A program made the position numbers and the translations under genes. A stretch of DNA of 64,000 nucleotides from Octopus bimaculoides (Eukaryota), in assembly GCF_001194135.2 (NCBI RefSeq), contig NC_068986.1, forward strand, positions 3,140,197-3,204,196. Reading direction: 5' to 3'. Positions 27,901 through 41,945 of the stretch are shown piece by piece; position 1 is the stretch's first letter, and every line of letters begins with the position of its first letter. The notes beneath the pieces were generated by a model, which ran no database searches, was not told the origin of the DNA, and saw only the letters and a list, made by a program, of their open reading frames with translations.

Positions 27901-29273
27901 CAAAACACACACACAGACACACACATGTATGTATACAATGGGCTCCTTTCAGTTCCCATCTACCAAATCTACTCATGAATCTTAAGTTGACCTGGGACAA
28001 CAGCAGAAGACACTTGTCCAAGATGCCACACAGTGGGACTGAACCCTAAAATCATGTGGTTGAGAAGCAAAGTTTCTACAACTACATGGCCATGTCTGTA
28101 CCCATGCACCATACACACACACACACGCACGCATACACATACGTACATATAATATGTATGTTTAGGGCGACATAAATGCACATCCATCATAGAAAGGTTT
28201 GTTTAACATAATCCTTGGACAGAATCAGATTGATAATGTATATGTGTGTGTTTGTGTTTGTGTGTGTGTGTGTGAGGGAGGGAGAGAGAGAAGTTTGGTC
28301 CCTTCAAATATTGGTACAGCCCATCAGGCAGGTTCCCACACAATTTCTGTTAACCTAATTTACTTCTTTGTAGTAAGAAGAGTTCCAAGGGCAAAAACGA
28401 CTCAATGAAATTTGATATTTTGAAGACTGAGATATAGGGAAGCTGATGTCTTTCAAACCAGTCCAACCCATGTCAGTGCAGAAAATAAGACATAAAACTA
28501 CCAGTGTTGATGTGTATGCATATGCATGTGTGCATGCATATGTGTGTGTGTGTGTGTATGTTATGCCTTTTGTCTAGAAGATTTTGCATCAGTTTCTTCT
28601 CCTGACTGCAGAATTAATCTACAAAATGAAGATATCAGTATTCAAAATGTGATCTTTGTAATTACCAACAAAATACCTTACCAATAACCTAATTTCCTGT
28701 CATATAGCAACCAAGTGAAATTATTTTTCTGAACTTGCCTTTTTCTTTTCCTTTTTCTTTTTTTGTTTGCTTTGTTTCATTCATTTCTTTTATCTTATCT
28801 TTCTTCGTAATTATCAATGCTATGTTTATTGTTTTATCAAAAATGTAAAGTCCAAGTAACAAAACTCTACAAGAATAAAAGAAATGCAATGATTTGCTGT
28901 ATTCTTTGGCTTTCTATCTATTGCATAATGCTTATTTTATTGTCATTATCAACAAATATGATCAATCAGGGGATTCTGAAATACTTAATCCCCTTCAATA
29001 TAATAATCTAGTCCAGCAACACACACACACACACATTGACAAAAAAAAAATGGATGTTAAACTAAATTGCAATGAACATTTTCAACACCAACCCACCACC
29101 AAAGACCACTTCTACTCGAGTCTTCAAATCTTGGTCTGAAATATTGTGTGAGTACATGTTCATGTTTGTATTTCTGTGTGTGTGTGTATGTATACATCTA
29201 TGTAGACATGTATATGTAAGAGTATATGTATGCACTTAGGTGTCTGTGTGTGTGTGTATATAAACATGTAGAT

Positions 29274-29634
29274 GGCACCTGTGCCCAGCGTCGCCTTCCT
29301 GGCACTTGTGCCGGTGGCACGTGTAAAGACATTCAAGTGAGATAGTTGCCAGTGCCGTTGGACTGGCTCCTGTGCAGGTGGCACGTAAAATACACCATTT
29401 TTAGCATGGCCGTTGCCAGTACCACCTGACTGGCCTTCGTGCTGGTGGCATGTAAAAGTACCCACTACACTCTCGGAGTGGTTGGCGTTAGGAAGGGCAT
29501 CCAGCTGTAGAAACTCTGCCAAATCAGACTGGAGCCTGGTGTAGCCATCTGGTTCACCAGTCCTCAGTCAAATCGTCTAACCCATGCTAGCATGGAAAGC
29601 GGACGTTAAACAATGATGATGATGATGATGATGA
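29274..29634 (+). mobile_element. Family A RTE-tail copy, long form with internal ~55-bp tandem subrepeats
   Basis: Repeated TGCCAGT...CTGGC..GGTGGCACGTAAAA units followed by the conserved tail. Confidence 0.9.
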
Positions 29635-30234
29635 CTTGCATATTAAAAAAAAAACACAAAACTAAATTTCAAGAGGCAAACATTATTATCATGATAGTGC
29701 ATGGCTAAGTTGTTAGGGTGTTGGACTCATGATTATTTAGATTGTGGTTTCTATTCTTGGAGTGGGTGACACATTGGTCGTGAAGTAATCTTCTTAACCA
29801 CACTGCCATCTCAATGTGTCTGTTTTTTGGGGGGTGTTTGTTCTTTCTCAAGATGACTCAAGATGGAATAATGTCAAGAGGGAGATGTGGCTGTTACCTC
29901 CAGCAAATCAAGCTACCACATAAAGCTTCTTGATTTGTTCAGGAGGCTCCAATGGCTGCAGATGTGAAGTTAAAGAGGAAACAGGAGCGAGAGAAGAGGT
30001 TCCAGATGGATGTTGTTTTGGGCAAGCAGTATTAAGTAAGGAACAATCATTAAAATACAGGATCCAGCAAGAGAAACACACAAGTGGAGACAGGAAAGGG
30101 AGACGAACAGCAGCAGCAGCAGCAGCAAATGGGGACAGCAGAGGTAGGTATTTAAAATAACACCAAGCTCATTGTATTATAGCAAGAATATGGAGGACAT
30201 AATCTGAGGCAGTCTCTTGAGTAAATGGAGAGAG

Positions 30235-30394
30235 GAGGGGAGAGAGAGAGAGAGAGAGAGAGTGCGAGAGAGAGTGTGTGTGAGAGAGAGAGTGTGTGTG
30301 AGAGAGAGTGTGTGTGTGAGAGAGAGTGTGTGTGAGAGAGAGTGTGTGTGAGAGAGAGTGTGTGTGAGAGAGAGAGTGTGTGTGAGAGAGAGTG

Positions 30395-30428
<34 letters not shown>

Positions 30429-30552
30429 AAGTTATTGAAGTTATGGACTAAAGTAAGGTATGAAATCTTAATTCGATATTTAGTGCCTCATGTATGTATG
30501 TATGTATGTATGTATGTATGTATGTATGTATGTATGTATGTATGTATGTATG

Positions 30553-30605
<53 letters not shown>

Positions 30606-30606
30606 C
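30235..30606. repeat. Compound microsatellites (GA/GT higher-order, TATG, TA)
   Basis: Direct reading. Confidence 0.95.
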
Positions 30607-30794
30607 ATACATATATAAGTATTTCTCCAAACCTTGAAGAGTCATAGGAATGTAGGAATGTTTTTCAATTCTTTTTTTCCTACTTTTTACCGAGAACAGG
30701 ATGCAGTTCAGGCACCATCCCAACAGAAGCTAATGCAGCTTCTTACTAATGAGTTTAATTTTGAAAGCACCCCACTCCCAAAAACTTTAGTCAC

Positions 30795-30825
<31 letters not shown>

Positions 30826-31104
30826 AAGAAAGGGTATGGTCACAGCTATGGGAGTGCTAGTTTATTGTCTTCGTGCTGTTAAACAGCAGAGAATGAAGTG
30901 TTCTAAATAGAATGTACTATCTTTGATAAATTGATTCCACATACACACTACTTTCTTCTTTGAACAGAAATATATATATATATATATATTATATATGCCT
31001 ATATCGTAGGCATAATAAAATACCTTTGAGAATAACATAACAGCACATTCTGTACTCAAATAATGAACACANNNNNNNNNNACTTTGTTCTTTCAACAGA
31101 CAGT

Positions 31105-31136
<32 letters not shown>

Positions 31137-31424
31137 AGTATATACAATAAAACAGCTTAGTAAATAACTTAACAACGCACTTTGTGTTCAGTAATTGAAT
31201 ATATGTATATAATATAAATAATATATATATATATATATATATATGCATATATCCATACATATATGTACATACCTACATCTATATGTATACATACATGCAT
31301 ATATGGGTACAGGACATCACAAAAAACGTTCTGTCTCCAAGTAAGTTTTATCTATCTATCTCTATCTATCTATCTATATATATATATATACACATATGTA
31401 CATATATGTATATGCTTACATATA

Positions 31425-31672
31425 TGGGTACAGGACATCACAGAATGTAAACAACACAAAATATGAAATACGAACATTTTTTTGCAAACAACAAAAGAAA
31501 CAAATGGAAAACAAGACAAGTAACATAAAGAACGACCCTTCATCAGTCGTTGGCTGTTTTTCTACTCCGTATTTCGAGCAATCGCTTGCAAAAAAAGGAT
31601 CGTATTCCCTGTTTTCGTATTTCATGTTGTTTACATCCTGTGACGTCCTGTGACCATATATGCATATGTATA
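31425..31672. mobile_element. Short element with imperfect ~65-bp terminal inverted repeats, embedded in (TA)n; probably PLE-derived
   Basis: GGTACAGGACATCACAGAATGTAAACAAC... versus ...GTTGTTTACATCCTGTGACGTCCTGTGACC; partial extra copy at about 31305. Confidence 0.55.
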
Positions 31673-31733
31673 TATACATATATATTATTTATATTATTAT
31701 ATGATTGAACGCTACGCATCCATTTCCAAGTAA

Positions 31734-31787
<54 letters not shown>

Positions 31788-34700
31788 CATACATACATAC
31801 ATATATACATACATACATATATACATACGTATATATATATCTATATATATATTCTTTTATTTGTTTCAGTCATTTGACTGTCGCCATAGATCTCAATGCT
31901 AGACCAAAATAAATACTAGGATTCATATGAACGATCACATCTTTGAAAGCAGGGACCCCAACATGGCTGTAGTATAATGACTGAAACCAAGAGAAAATGC
32001 ACACAAAGACAATAAAGACAATAAAGTGGATAAAATTTAGAGGTAAACAGAACATTAGAATTGATTGGTTGAAGTTTTGGAATATTCTGCTAGAGAAGTT
32101 GATAAACTGTTTCTTTGAGCAGGGCATATAACTTCCTTTTTCTGAAGGTACCTTATTGGAAAATAGGTGACTGGGTCTTTACTATCAAACTGTCATGAAT
32201 TTGAAGCTTTGACATACTAATTCAAATGTATAACTGGAATAGTCTAACTCATGAACTCATTTAACAAGGAAAATCAGAGAAGTTCCTATTCTAATGGATG
32301 TAGTTAATTATAAACTTATTTCTAAGAATTTGATTCAATATCTTTGTAGTGACAAACTATTACTAATCAAGTTTATGTCTTGACATCATTTTTTAACCTT
32401 CAGAATAAGGAAAACATTTTAAGAGGTGCCGGAAACAAATTATAGCTTCAATATCTTTTATAGCATATCTGTCAAACATCTGACACACAAATACGTTTTG
32501 ACTTTATTTTTAAATATTCTAACAATGAGACATGTTTAAAAAACATCACATCAAGAACATTCTGAATCACAATCTCAGTGGGAAACCATTTCAATTCACA
32601 AGGTCACTGACATTGAAAAAAAGAGAAAACAAAAAATAATATAAAATATAATAAAAGTTTAATAAGTACATAGGACAAAACCTTATATTTTTTTTTCTTT
32701 TTTCTCACTGATACAGCATTTACCATCTTTTGGAACTTTCAGTTTCTCCATTCTAGGTTTTTTTAAATGTCACCATTGATCAATAACTTTAGATAATATT
32801 CTTTTTGCATTTATCAAATAATTATCAAGAATTATTTTATTGTTGATTTGGCCACCAGCTCATCTATGATCACACTGGTTTATGATCAAAAAGCATTCCA
32901 ACCATGGCCATTTCGTTTTTTGTATATCTATTACTAGTGTCCAGTCTAGCCTCCTTTATTTAAGATAAATATTCCCAGTATATTGAGTGATTACATAGAG
33001 GTATCCTGTTCGTTTGTACTCAAGTTCTAATTTCTTCTTACATTTTCTATTGTATCTATTTTATTCAAGATAGAAGTGAGTGCTTTGAGGAGATTTTGCT
33101 ACTGTTTCTAGAAGCCAAACACTAATAGAAGCACTCATCAGTTCATTATTGTAAAGTTTCCCCCTTTTTTTAAAAAAAAAAATCATGCTGTTAGCAGATT
33201 TGAGTTATTTCCCCTAGCTCATTTTTATTTTTAATTATGCAAATTAAACTGACAAAAATTTATTCATTACTCTTTTCCTCTGTGTAAAAAAAATTAGGTC
33301 AAATGATCAGGTAGGCTTGGTTTGACTATACCAGTGGTTATAGACCATGGCAGTAAAATACCTGTTTGTTATACTCACCCCCCTCACATTCATATGAAAC
33401 TACCTCCTCCACCTGATCCACAGTCTGTATCCTCTTTTATTACCTTCCTTCTTGTGTCTTGAGAACCTCTGACATCCTGTCACCATCTCTATCATCTTTC
33501 CGGCTACTCTGACCCACCCTCACATAAAGCAGGGTAGTCTTGTATCTCCACTAAAGCAAAACACTTGGAGCTATCCCTCTTTCACACTTTAGCCTCTCAA
33601 CACCTAGCATGGAACCATTGCTCCTACCCCTCTCAAATACTCCTCTCACCCTCATTTATTTGAGGGAGTTTTTCCTGTTTTCTTTCTTCTCATTCTTTTC
33701 TTGTCTTGCAAATTACTTGGTAACCTCACTAATGCTGGTAGCACACAAAACGGTAACCAGTAAAGTGTTTGGCATTGAGAAGGGCATCCAGCCATAGTAT
33801 TCATGCCAAAACCAGCATTGGAGCTTGATGCAGCCCTGCTACTCCCCAGATCCTGTCAAACTGCCCAACTCATGGGAAATGAACATTAAATGATGATGAT
33901 GATGATGATAATTGAAGTAAAATGATGCAATTACATTTTTAATAAATTGTAAAGATAATTGGAACCTTTCCTTTTGAAATGTTTTTGCATTATTGTATCC
34001 ATTATCATCATTACATTCACTATCAATATTGACATAGGTTGGATGGTTCAACAGGAACTGACAGATCAGAAGACATCTTGCTCCTATGTCTCAGTTTTAG
34101 CAAGGTTTCCATGGCTGGATGCCCAACCTACCACTTATATAGAATGTACTGGGTACACTTTTTCATAGCCCCCAACACTAAGAGAGGTTAAAAAGTCCTC
34201 TCAATCTTGTATTGTGTCTGTTCAGTTTACCAGCCACTTTATACGATGTACTGGGTGCTTTCTGTCATGACATCACCACTAATAGACCATTCTCATGAAA
34301 GTTAAACCAAAACAGGTTTTCAAAACTGATTAGAATGCCCAGAAAATACCCCACTATATACATATAAAAGTCTATTGAAATGCTTCATATTTGATTAGAC
34401 ATCCATGTTGGGACCCAGATCTACACTATTTGGAAGGTATAGAAAATACTGAAAATGTCACAGCAAACTCATTAGCATTTTTCAAAATTCCAAGAGTAAT
34501 GTAAATAAACACCATGAAGATTTTTATGCTGCTCTGGAGAAATTCTGAGGAACTAACAGTGAATATTTTTCTGGTGAAAAATTTATGTGCAATGTCACAA
34601 TACATCAGACTTTTTGGATCCTCTTCAAAAACAATTCAACATACATTCAAGGTAAAAAAAATTTGTTTCAGATTTGCCTGGATAGTCAAACTCTCCTGTG

Positions 34701-35301
34701 TAAAATAAATGCAATTTTTTTGTAAATGCTCAAGATTTACAGCTTAGATATTTCACAATTTGTATTTCTGGCTGTCACATATGTCATCATGCAAGAATGG
34801 CCAATAAGGTTGGTTCATAACTCACAAGATTAGAGAGCAACCACAATTGAAAAGTAAAATAGGGGCATAAAAACTAAATGCTTTTAATAAGGGCATTGAG
34901 GATGATTTGATGGAACCAAAGGATAACCTGGAAACGTGTGAGAAACACATATGGATCTCACCTCTGAGTGTATGGAGTAATCATCTGACTGTTGGTATGT
35001 GAAACGTTAGCAGATGGGCATATTACAAAGGTAAGACTTGTAAAATATTTGCCAATATTGAAAAAGGAACATCATGAATCTGATAATAGATTTAAGCAAA
35101 AGTTGAAGAGGGGAAAAGTTGGAAAAAAATTTAGAAATAATGATGGATAACACCTAAATCCAGCTTATTAAATTTAATTAGTTTTTGAGACATGTGACAA
35201 ATAAGTCCTCTGATTTGTCATTTCTTTTAACTTCAGGTCATTTTGACCCATAAGTTCATAATGGATTTATGAATAACAGAGAAAATAGTAATAATTTCAT
35301 T

Positions 35302-35629
35302 GGCACCTGTGCCCAGTGTCACCTTATTGGCACGTGTAAAGACATTCGAGTGAGATTGTTGCCAGTGCCGCTGGACTGGCTCCTGTGCAGGTGGCACATA
35401 AAAGACACCATTTCGAGCGTGGCCGTTGCCAGTATCGCCTTACTGGCCTTCGTGCGGGTGGCACGTAAAAGCACGTAAAAGTGGTTGACGTTAGGAAGGG
35501 CATCCAGCTGTAGAAACTCTGCCAAATCAGATTGGAGCCTGGTGTAGCCATCTGGTTTCACCAGTCCTCAGTCAAATCGTCCAACCCATGCTAGCATGGA
35601 AAGTGGACATTAAACGATGATGATGATGA
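35302..35629 (+). mobile_element. Family A RTE-tail copy
   Basis: High identity to the 29274 and 47121 copies. Confidence 0.9.
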
Positions 35630-36363
35630 AATCAAAAAAATAGTAAGGTCGATGTCACTTTTACTGAATATGCACAACTGTAATTATGTTTGCTTTATGA
35701 CCATATATATTTTAAGTTCAATACAACAGTACAGAGCCCTGGAGTTATTGTCTCCTACCATGGCATCAGGAAAGCCCTTATGAATAAAGTTTAGGCAGTG
35801 GCATAGCTAGGGTAAACAGCACCCAGAGGAAACCACAAAAATGCACCACCCCCACCACCAACTACAAAATCCATGATATTATACAGTACTTATTTGTTAC
35901 AAGTAGTTAATGTTTTAAAGGAATATTTTAGGAACAAATACTGTTGAGCGTATTCCTTTGTGGCTGACAATATGTGCATCTCTGATCATGAGCAGGAGTA
36001 GTGGGGGAAGATCAAAGTCATGTGTTGAGAGGAGTTCTTTGGGGGTTTGAATAAATGCAACAAAAGCAAAGTTTGAAGGAAATATTAGCCATTTTTCATA
36101 CTTTCTAGGGGTAAGCAAATAAGAAATAACAGTTGCTACCCAAAGATAAAAATCGTGTTACACAGTCTTATTCTTAAACACTCTGAAAAGTGCCAAGAGT
36201 ACTTCAATGAATAAACAAATAAATCAAAAGAATTCACATTAAATGTGAAGTTATTAAGAAATATAGCATATATTAATAAAAGCATAACAAATAAATGTGC
36301 AGAAATATCTTTTTAGGAAAAATCAAAAATACACATACCCATAGCAACACATCTACACGTTAC

Positions 36364-36400
36364 CGCAACCACGAGGTGTTTTACAGCAACCAAATGAACC
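36364..36400 (-). other. Candidate 37-nt exon
   Basis: atttcatattcag|GGTTCATTTGG...CGTGGTTGCG|gtaacg; CpGs retained in a CpG-poor region. Confidence 0.4.
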
Positions 36401-36544
36401 CTGAATATGAAATATATGCAGGTAATAGATTATTAACATGACAACATAAGTAATACAGATCTTAAAATTATAAAAATAATAGTTCTTAAAAAGTAAAAAA
36501 AACTGATCATCAGTTAAACAAATTTCACTGTATTTAAAGAAGTC

Positions 36545-36910
36545 AGTGTGGTAGGAACCTTGCTTACGAACCACAAGGTTCTAGGTTCAGTCCCATTGTG
36601 TGACACCTTGGGCAAGTGTCTTCAACTATAGCCTCAGGCCGATCAAAGCTTTGTGAGTGGATTTGGTAGATGGAAATGGAAAGAAGCCTGTTGTATATAT
36701 ATGTATATATATCTATGAGTGTGTGTCTGTGTTTGTCCCCGCCATCCATTATTACTTGACAACTGTTGGTTTGTTTACATCCCTGTAACTTGGCGGTTTG
36801 GCAATAAAGTATCGAAACAATAAGTACCAGGCTTAAAAAATAAGTACTGGGGTTGGTTCATTTGACTAAAACTTCAAGGCGGTGCTCCAGCATAGCTGCA
36901 GTCTGATGGC
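36545..36910 (+). mobile_element. tRNA-derived SINE family B
   Basis: Head GTGTGGTAGGAACCTTGCTTACGAACCAC through GGCGGTGCTCCAGCATAGCTGCAGTC. Confidence 0.85.
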
Positions 36911-36912
36911 TG

Positions 36913-37004
36913 ATGGTGACAAAGGGCCTCTCGCTCAGAGTAAAAGGTAGACTGTATGACGCATGTGTACGAACAGCCATACTACATGGCAGTGAAACAT
37001 GGGC
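36913..37004 (+). mobile_element. RTE LINE fragment (same family as 44800-46520 and 52990-53309)
   Basis: VTKGLSLRVKGRLYDACVRTAILHGSETWAV. Confidence 0.85.
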
Positions 37005-38260
37005 CGTGATGATGATGATGATGATGATGATGGGTTCATCAGCTTCCCTCCAGTCTCCTCGGCTGATGTTTGTGCCGAAAGTGACTTTGGAATCCAAGTC
37101 GGTGGTGAAAGTTTCATGGGCAGAACTCACACGGGATGTTTTGTGCAGGTGAAGGATGTTGAAGATGCTCCTTTTTTCTGGGTTTTGCCTCCTTATTCTG
37201 TTGTCTATTCTGCTCGAAGTAGGTGGCTCCATTGCAAATAGCAGCAGCCCTCCAAGCTGTCCTATCCATGGTAATCTGTTGCCATGAGGATGGCCGGGTG
37301 TTAGCTAGCACCAAGGTCCATTCAAGCTGGTCTTTAAAATGGAATTTCGGACCTCCTCCGGTTCTTGTTCCGATTGCAAGTTCTCCATAGAGCATGATCC
37401 TTGAGAGATGAGAGGGCTCCATACACTGGACGTGACTGGCCCAGCGGAAACGATGGCGTAGAATGGTGGCTTTGACACTTGGTAGTGAGACACGACGAAG
37501 AACTTTGTTGTTGGTAACGTGATCTTCCCATTGTGTGTTGAGGATCTGTCATCGCATCGATTGCTGGAAGCATTCAAGAACGTTTGAAGTCATGTTGGTA
37601 CGATGTCCAAGTCTCAGAAGCGTAGAGTTAGAGTTGACAGGACAATGGCATGAAAGACCATGATCTTTGGTCAGTGCGTGATAGTCAGTGTGAGATTAAA
37701 GAATACACGGCTGAGTCTGCCAAAGGTGGAGTGGACTGCTCCAATCTGGTTCTCCATGTCCCTTTCACACATGGGAATCTTTGAAAAGATGCTTCCAAGG
37801 TACGTGAAGTGTTCAGCTTCTACTAGAAGTTGGCCATTGATGCTACTAATGTTTGTGGGTGGACTGTTCTGGCCTGGTGCAGGTAGGATCCGTGCCTTGG
37901 TCTTTAATGTGTTTATCTGCATCCCGAAGCATTTGTAAGCTGCATTGTAAAGATCAGCCGTCCTTTGTAGGCCATCTATGGTCCAGCTCAGAGTGGCATA
38001 CTCGTCGGCATACTGCATCTCATGGACTGAGATGGTGGAGGTCCATGTCCTTGCACAGAGGCGTGCAAGATTGAAAAGTCCACCATTCAAGCCATAGCGC
38101 ATGTCGATGGAAGGCGAGGCTAGTGGGATTTCGTTGAACATGGCAGCCATGTACAAAGAGAAACAGGTAGGTGCTAGGATGCATCCTTGCTTAAGACCCC
38201 CAGTGATGGTAAATGGGTCTGTGAGGGCATTTTGATGGCACACCCTATCCACCATGCCAT
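37005..38260 (-). mobile_element. 5'-truncated RTE (BovB-like) LINE: RT domain, C-terminus and (CAT)n tail
   Basis: GLKQGCILAPTCFSLY...QYADE...FGMQINTLKTK...FTYLGS; LYGELAIGTRTGGGPKFHFKDQL...DRTAWR; CEFC; frameshifted. Confidence 0.92.
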
Positions 38261-38274
38261 CAAAATATATATAT

Positions 38275-38537
38275 TAAAGCCTTGAAGCTCTACTCTCTCC
38301 AACGCCGCCGTGAGCGGTACATCATTTGTACGATGTGGAAAATATACCGCCAGCATAGCCCAAATGACCTGAACATTAGTTTCAAGGTTCATCCAAGGCT
38401 GGGACCAAAAGCCATGCATCCCCTGCCCAATTCAGAATCACAATGTATAGGTACATTGCGACATAATTTCTTTTCCTCAACCGGCCAAGCCCTGTTTAAC
38501 ATTGTCCCGAAACAGATAAAAGAGGAAAAGGATCCTA
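38275..38537 (+). mobile_element. CR1/L2-clade LINE 3' coding end
   Basis: LKLYSLQRRRERYIICTMWKI...ALFNIVPKQIK. Confidence 0.8.
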
Positions 38538-39941
38538 NNNNNNNNNNNNNNNNNNNNNNNNNNNNNNNNNNNNNNNNNNNNNNNNNNNNNNNNNNNNNNN
38601 NNNNNNNNNNNNNNNNNNNNNNNNNNNNNNNNNNNNNTATCGGATCGCTAATATGTTTATTTTGAAATTATGAAGAGAATATAAGGAAGACATACATGGA
38701 AATATGACCATATATCTAAATATGTAGATAGATAGATAGTCTGCCATTTTTATCGAAATCTGTTTGATTTCCTTCACCATCATTTCAAAACACCAATAGC
38801 AGCAACAACAGATTCTAGTCGTTCACGGTTTTCTCATTCTGTAGTAGAGTGCTTTAGACAAATTCCAACAGATTTCAAATGGAAAGAAAAAGATACACCG
38901 TCATATTTAATTGTCTAAAATATTAAAATTTCCGAATATTCAACCGATGTTGATCTTAAAAATCGTTGAATATCGTAACATTGGAAAGGCAAATCTAATA
39001 TTCAGAGGAAACTATTTCCCAATAATTGTAAGGAGGGAAAAGCAAGGAGTAGGGGAGAAGGGGGAAAAAAAACTGAAAACCTTGCTGCATTGAATCTTTT
39101 ACTTTTTGTGCGGATGTCGATTGCAAGTATTTTGGAGTAGAGAGATGATCCCTGATAGATTTGTTAGAAGAGATTAACAGCTAATAGTTTCAAATGGGCT
39201 GTGATATTTATCAGCACTGTCGTTTACATTATTTTCTTCGTTTATTGCTGTTGCAAATGTTGTTATTTTTATGAGTAATCATCCATTAAAAATACAAACT
39301 ACAACAATAAAAATAAAATGAAATCATGGTTTGCAAGTGCTCGCTTTCCCCACTCCGTAAAGCTAGCTCGCATTTTCTTCCTCCTCCTCCTCCCTCTCGT
39401 TATCGTAGGCCTCCTCCTCCTCCTCTTTCACATCCTTACCTCCCCCCTCTACCTTAGTTCCCGCCACCGCCAACCTTTTCAATGAATTCCAAGCAACACA
39501 GTAGTAAGACAGTTTGTTTACAGTCAGTCGTGGTCAGCCGTAGAAGGAATGAAGATGGGGGAGGGAAGAGAGGGTTGAATGGAAAGAGGTTGATGATGAC
39601 GATGTTGTTGATAATGATAATGACGATGTAGAAGGAACTGTTAAAACGAGAGCACATAATTAAATTGCAATATTTTTCCTATTCTCAACGAAGCAACACA
39701 AAAACACACACACAACACAAACACACAGATCTATAGGCAGAATCGTTAACCCCATCACTCTCCTCAGAAAGTATGGGTTGAACAGGTGTCTGAATATTAA
39801 CGGAATGAATAACGACTAGGTAGTGTGGCGAGCAGAATATATGAAGAGGTTCGTCGCCCGTCCTTCGTCAGCAATCCTCCGACAGGAAAACACTGGCTTC
39901 ATGACAACATACAACAAACCATATTCATTAACATGACTCAC

Positions 39942-40008
39942 GCCAAACTAGCATCAGAATCCGAAATAAATAGAAATATCTTAAATACCCCAAGCTTTCA
40001 CAATATAC
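39942..40008 (-). other. Candidate 67-nt exon (5' leader)
   Basis: ttctcttttgttatgtgtttatttattgtag|GTATATTG...GTTTGGC|gtgagt. Confidence 0.5.
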
Positions 40009-41254
40009 CTACAATAAATAAACACATAACAAAAGAGAATTTCCTAAAAATAAATGTAACAAAACCGAAATATTTCATATTCGATTACACACACGCACAC
40101 AGAAACATATACATAATATACGCTTGTATGCATATATACACATAGGCTTGTGTATATATGCATACATACAGATGCCTAAATACACACATAAATGTGCATA
40201 TATATGCGTTGAGATGCATATATGTGCACGTATATATACGTGTACATCGGTATGCATATATATGTATGTATATACATATTGACACACACACATAAAGGTG
40301 TGTGTATGCATGCACGCACGTATATTCCGTGTAAATATATATGTACATGTACGTGTACCAGTTTCAGAGAAGGGGAGGAATTGGAATAACATGATCTGAA
40401 TATATATTGTAGAATTCCAGAAACTTGGCATTATCTGTATGCCTTCAGATTCCTTAATAATGATGACACTTTATAAAGATTAAATACACACACACACACA
40501 CACACATGTATATAGATACAAACGCACGATTCAGTTAAATATTCAATTGTGTAAAAAATAGAAATGTCTAATCGTAAGGTGGAGCTGAATGGCAAGAATA
40601 AGGAGCAATAACGGAAACTATGTGGTTTGTGATAGAAGCACACACACTATTGGATGCCCGTTTTACATGTTTCATAGCAGTCTCTTGTCTTCGATAGATT
40701 GGCTCTTCGCTTTCACAATGCTGCTTTTGAGAAAGCAGCACAGCAAAGAATTGGATTTATCCTAGAAGAAAACAGTATAATAATAATAATGATAATAATA
40801 ATAAATAATAATAATAATAATAACAGCAACCCTTGAACGTGTTTTATTTTACCTAATGATTTCGATAAATCATTGTAGATGTAAAAATATTTCTAGGAAT
40901 AACAATTAATATATCACGAATTTGTTGTTGTTTCATTTATTTAAATAGAGCATGTAGTAGTGTGGAAATGGGGAATAAAAATGAAGAACGAGATGTGGAA
41001 GAAGGGAGTAAAAAGCTGAGGGGAAGAAAAAAAAGAAACAACTTTCACAAACAGAGCTCCTGTGTATAAAAATGTAAGCGTTATAATACAAGCCACTAGT
41101 GTCAGTTGTAAGAATCCATCAGGGGAAGAACATTTAATGCAATTACTTCACAGGATGGATATACGTTGAGAGTGCGTGTACACATACATACATATATACG
41201 TAAATGTATGAAATATGAGTGTATATATACATTCATATATATATGTGTGAGTGC

Positions 41255-41310
<56 letters not shown>

Positions 41311-41892
41311 AATGCGATGTAGAATTGAATCGAAGCTGAAGCTTTTTCTGCAGCAACATGACCCACAAATAGGCAATGATATACATAAATACTGGAAATA
41401 TAATCAACACGTATCTCTCTATTTTCCACTCCAAAACGACCAAATTGCTACAACAATAATCAAAACCCCTTTCCCAATTAATAACACTAAATTTACGAAG
41501 CAATACTGCTTTGTATGTCATGAATTAATATTTGTTTTGTCGAAATTACTCACTCAAAGTGTGTATATATATATATGTGTGTGCGCGTGTGTGTGTGTAG
41601 GGAAGAGAAAGGGGTGGAAAAGAGATGAGTGAGGAAGAAAGAAAAAGGATAATTGAATAATAGCGGACGACATATGTAGGTATGTTTTGAAAATATAGTA
41701 GAACGAAGATAGAGGATAAAATGTAATGATATTTAAGATTTATTGGATGAACAGGGACGTTGTTTTCGACAGAGATTCTTCGCAGGGATGGTGGGGATCT
41801 AAATTGGCGCAGATCCAATTCCAAACATGGCCACAGGGTTAATTTCACTAATTAAATGTTCTGTCAAGATGACAAAATGTAGTAGTACTTAC

Positions 41893-41945
41893 GACAGCCA
41901 GCCATATTTAAAAAGTCTTCACTATATTTTAGCCGACGATGACAT
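41893..41945 (-). other. Candidate 53-nt exon (5' leader, or first coding exon MAGC)
   Basis: tttgtttttcttcattacatacatctcacag|ATGTCATCG...ATGGCTGGCTGTC|gtaagt; strong sites on both sides. Confidence 0.65.

Noticed and set aside
31510-31580. Type II hammerhead on the minus strand (GAAA...CTGATGA)
   Set aside because: Stem I cannot form and stem III is marginal.
32420-32607. Terminal exon after a strong polypyrimidine acceptor (minus strand)
   Set aside because: Immediate stops in all frames and no evidence linking it to the upstream exons.
34400-35260. Possible piggyBac transposase relic (GGTCATTTTGACCC near 35236)
   Set aside because: Peptide similarity too faint to support by eye.
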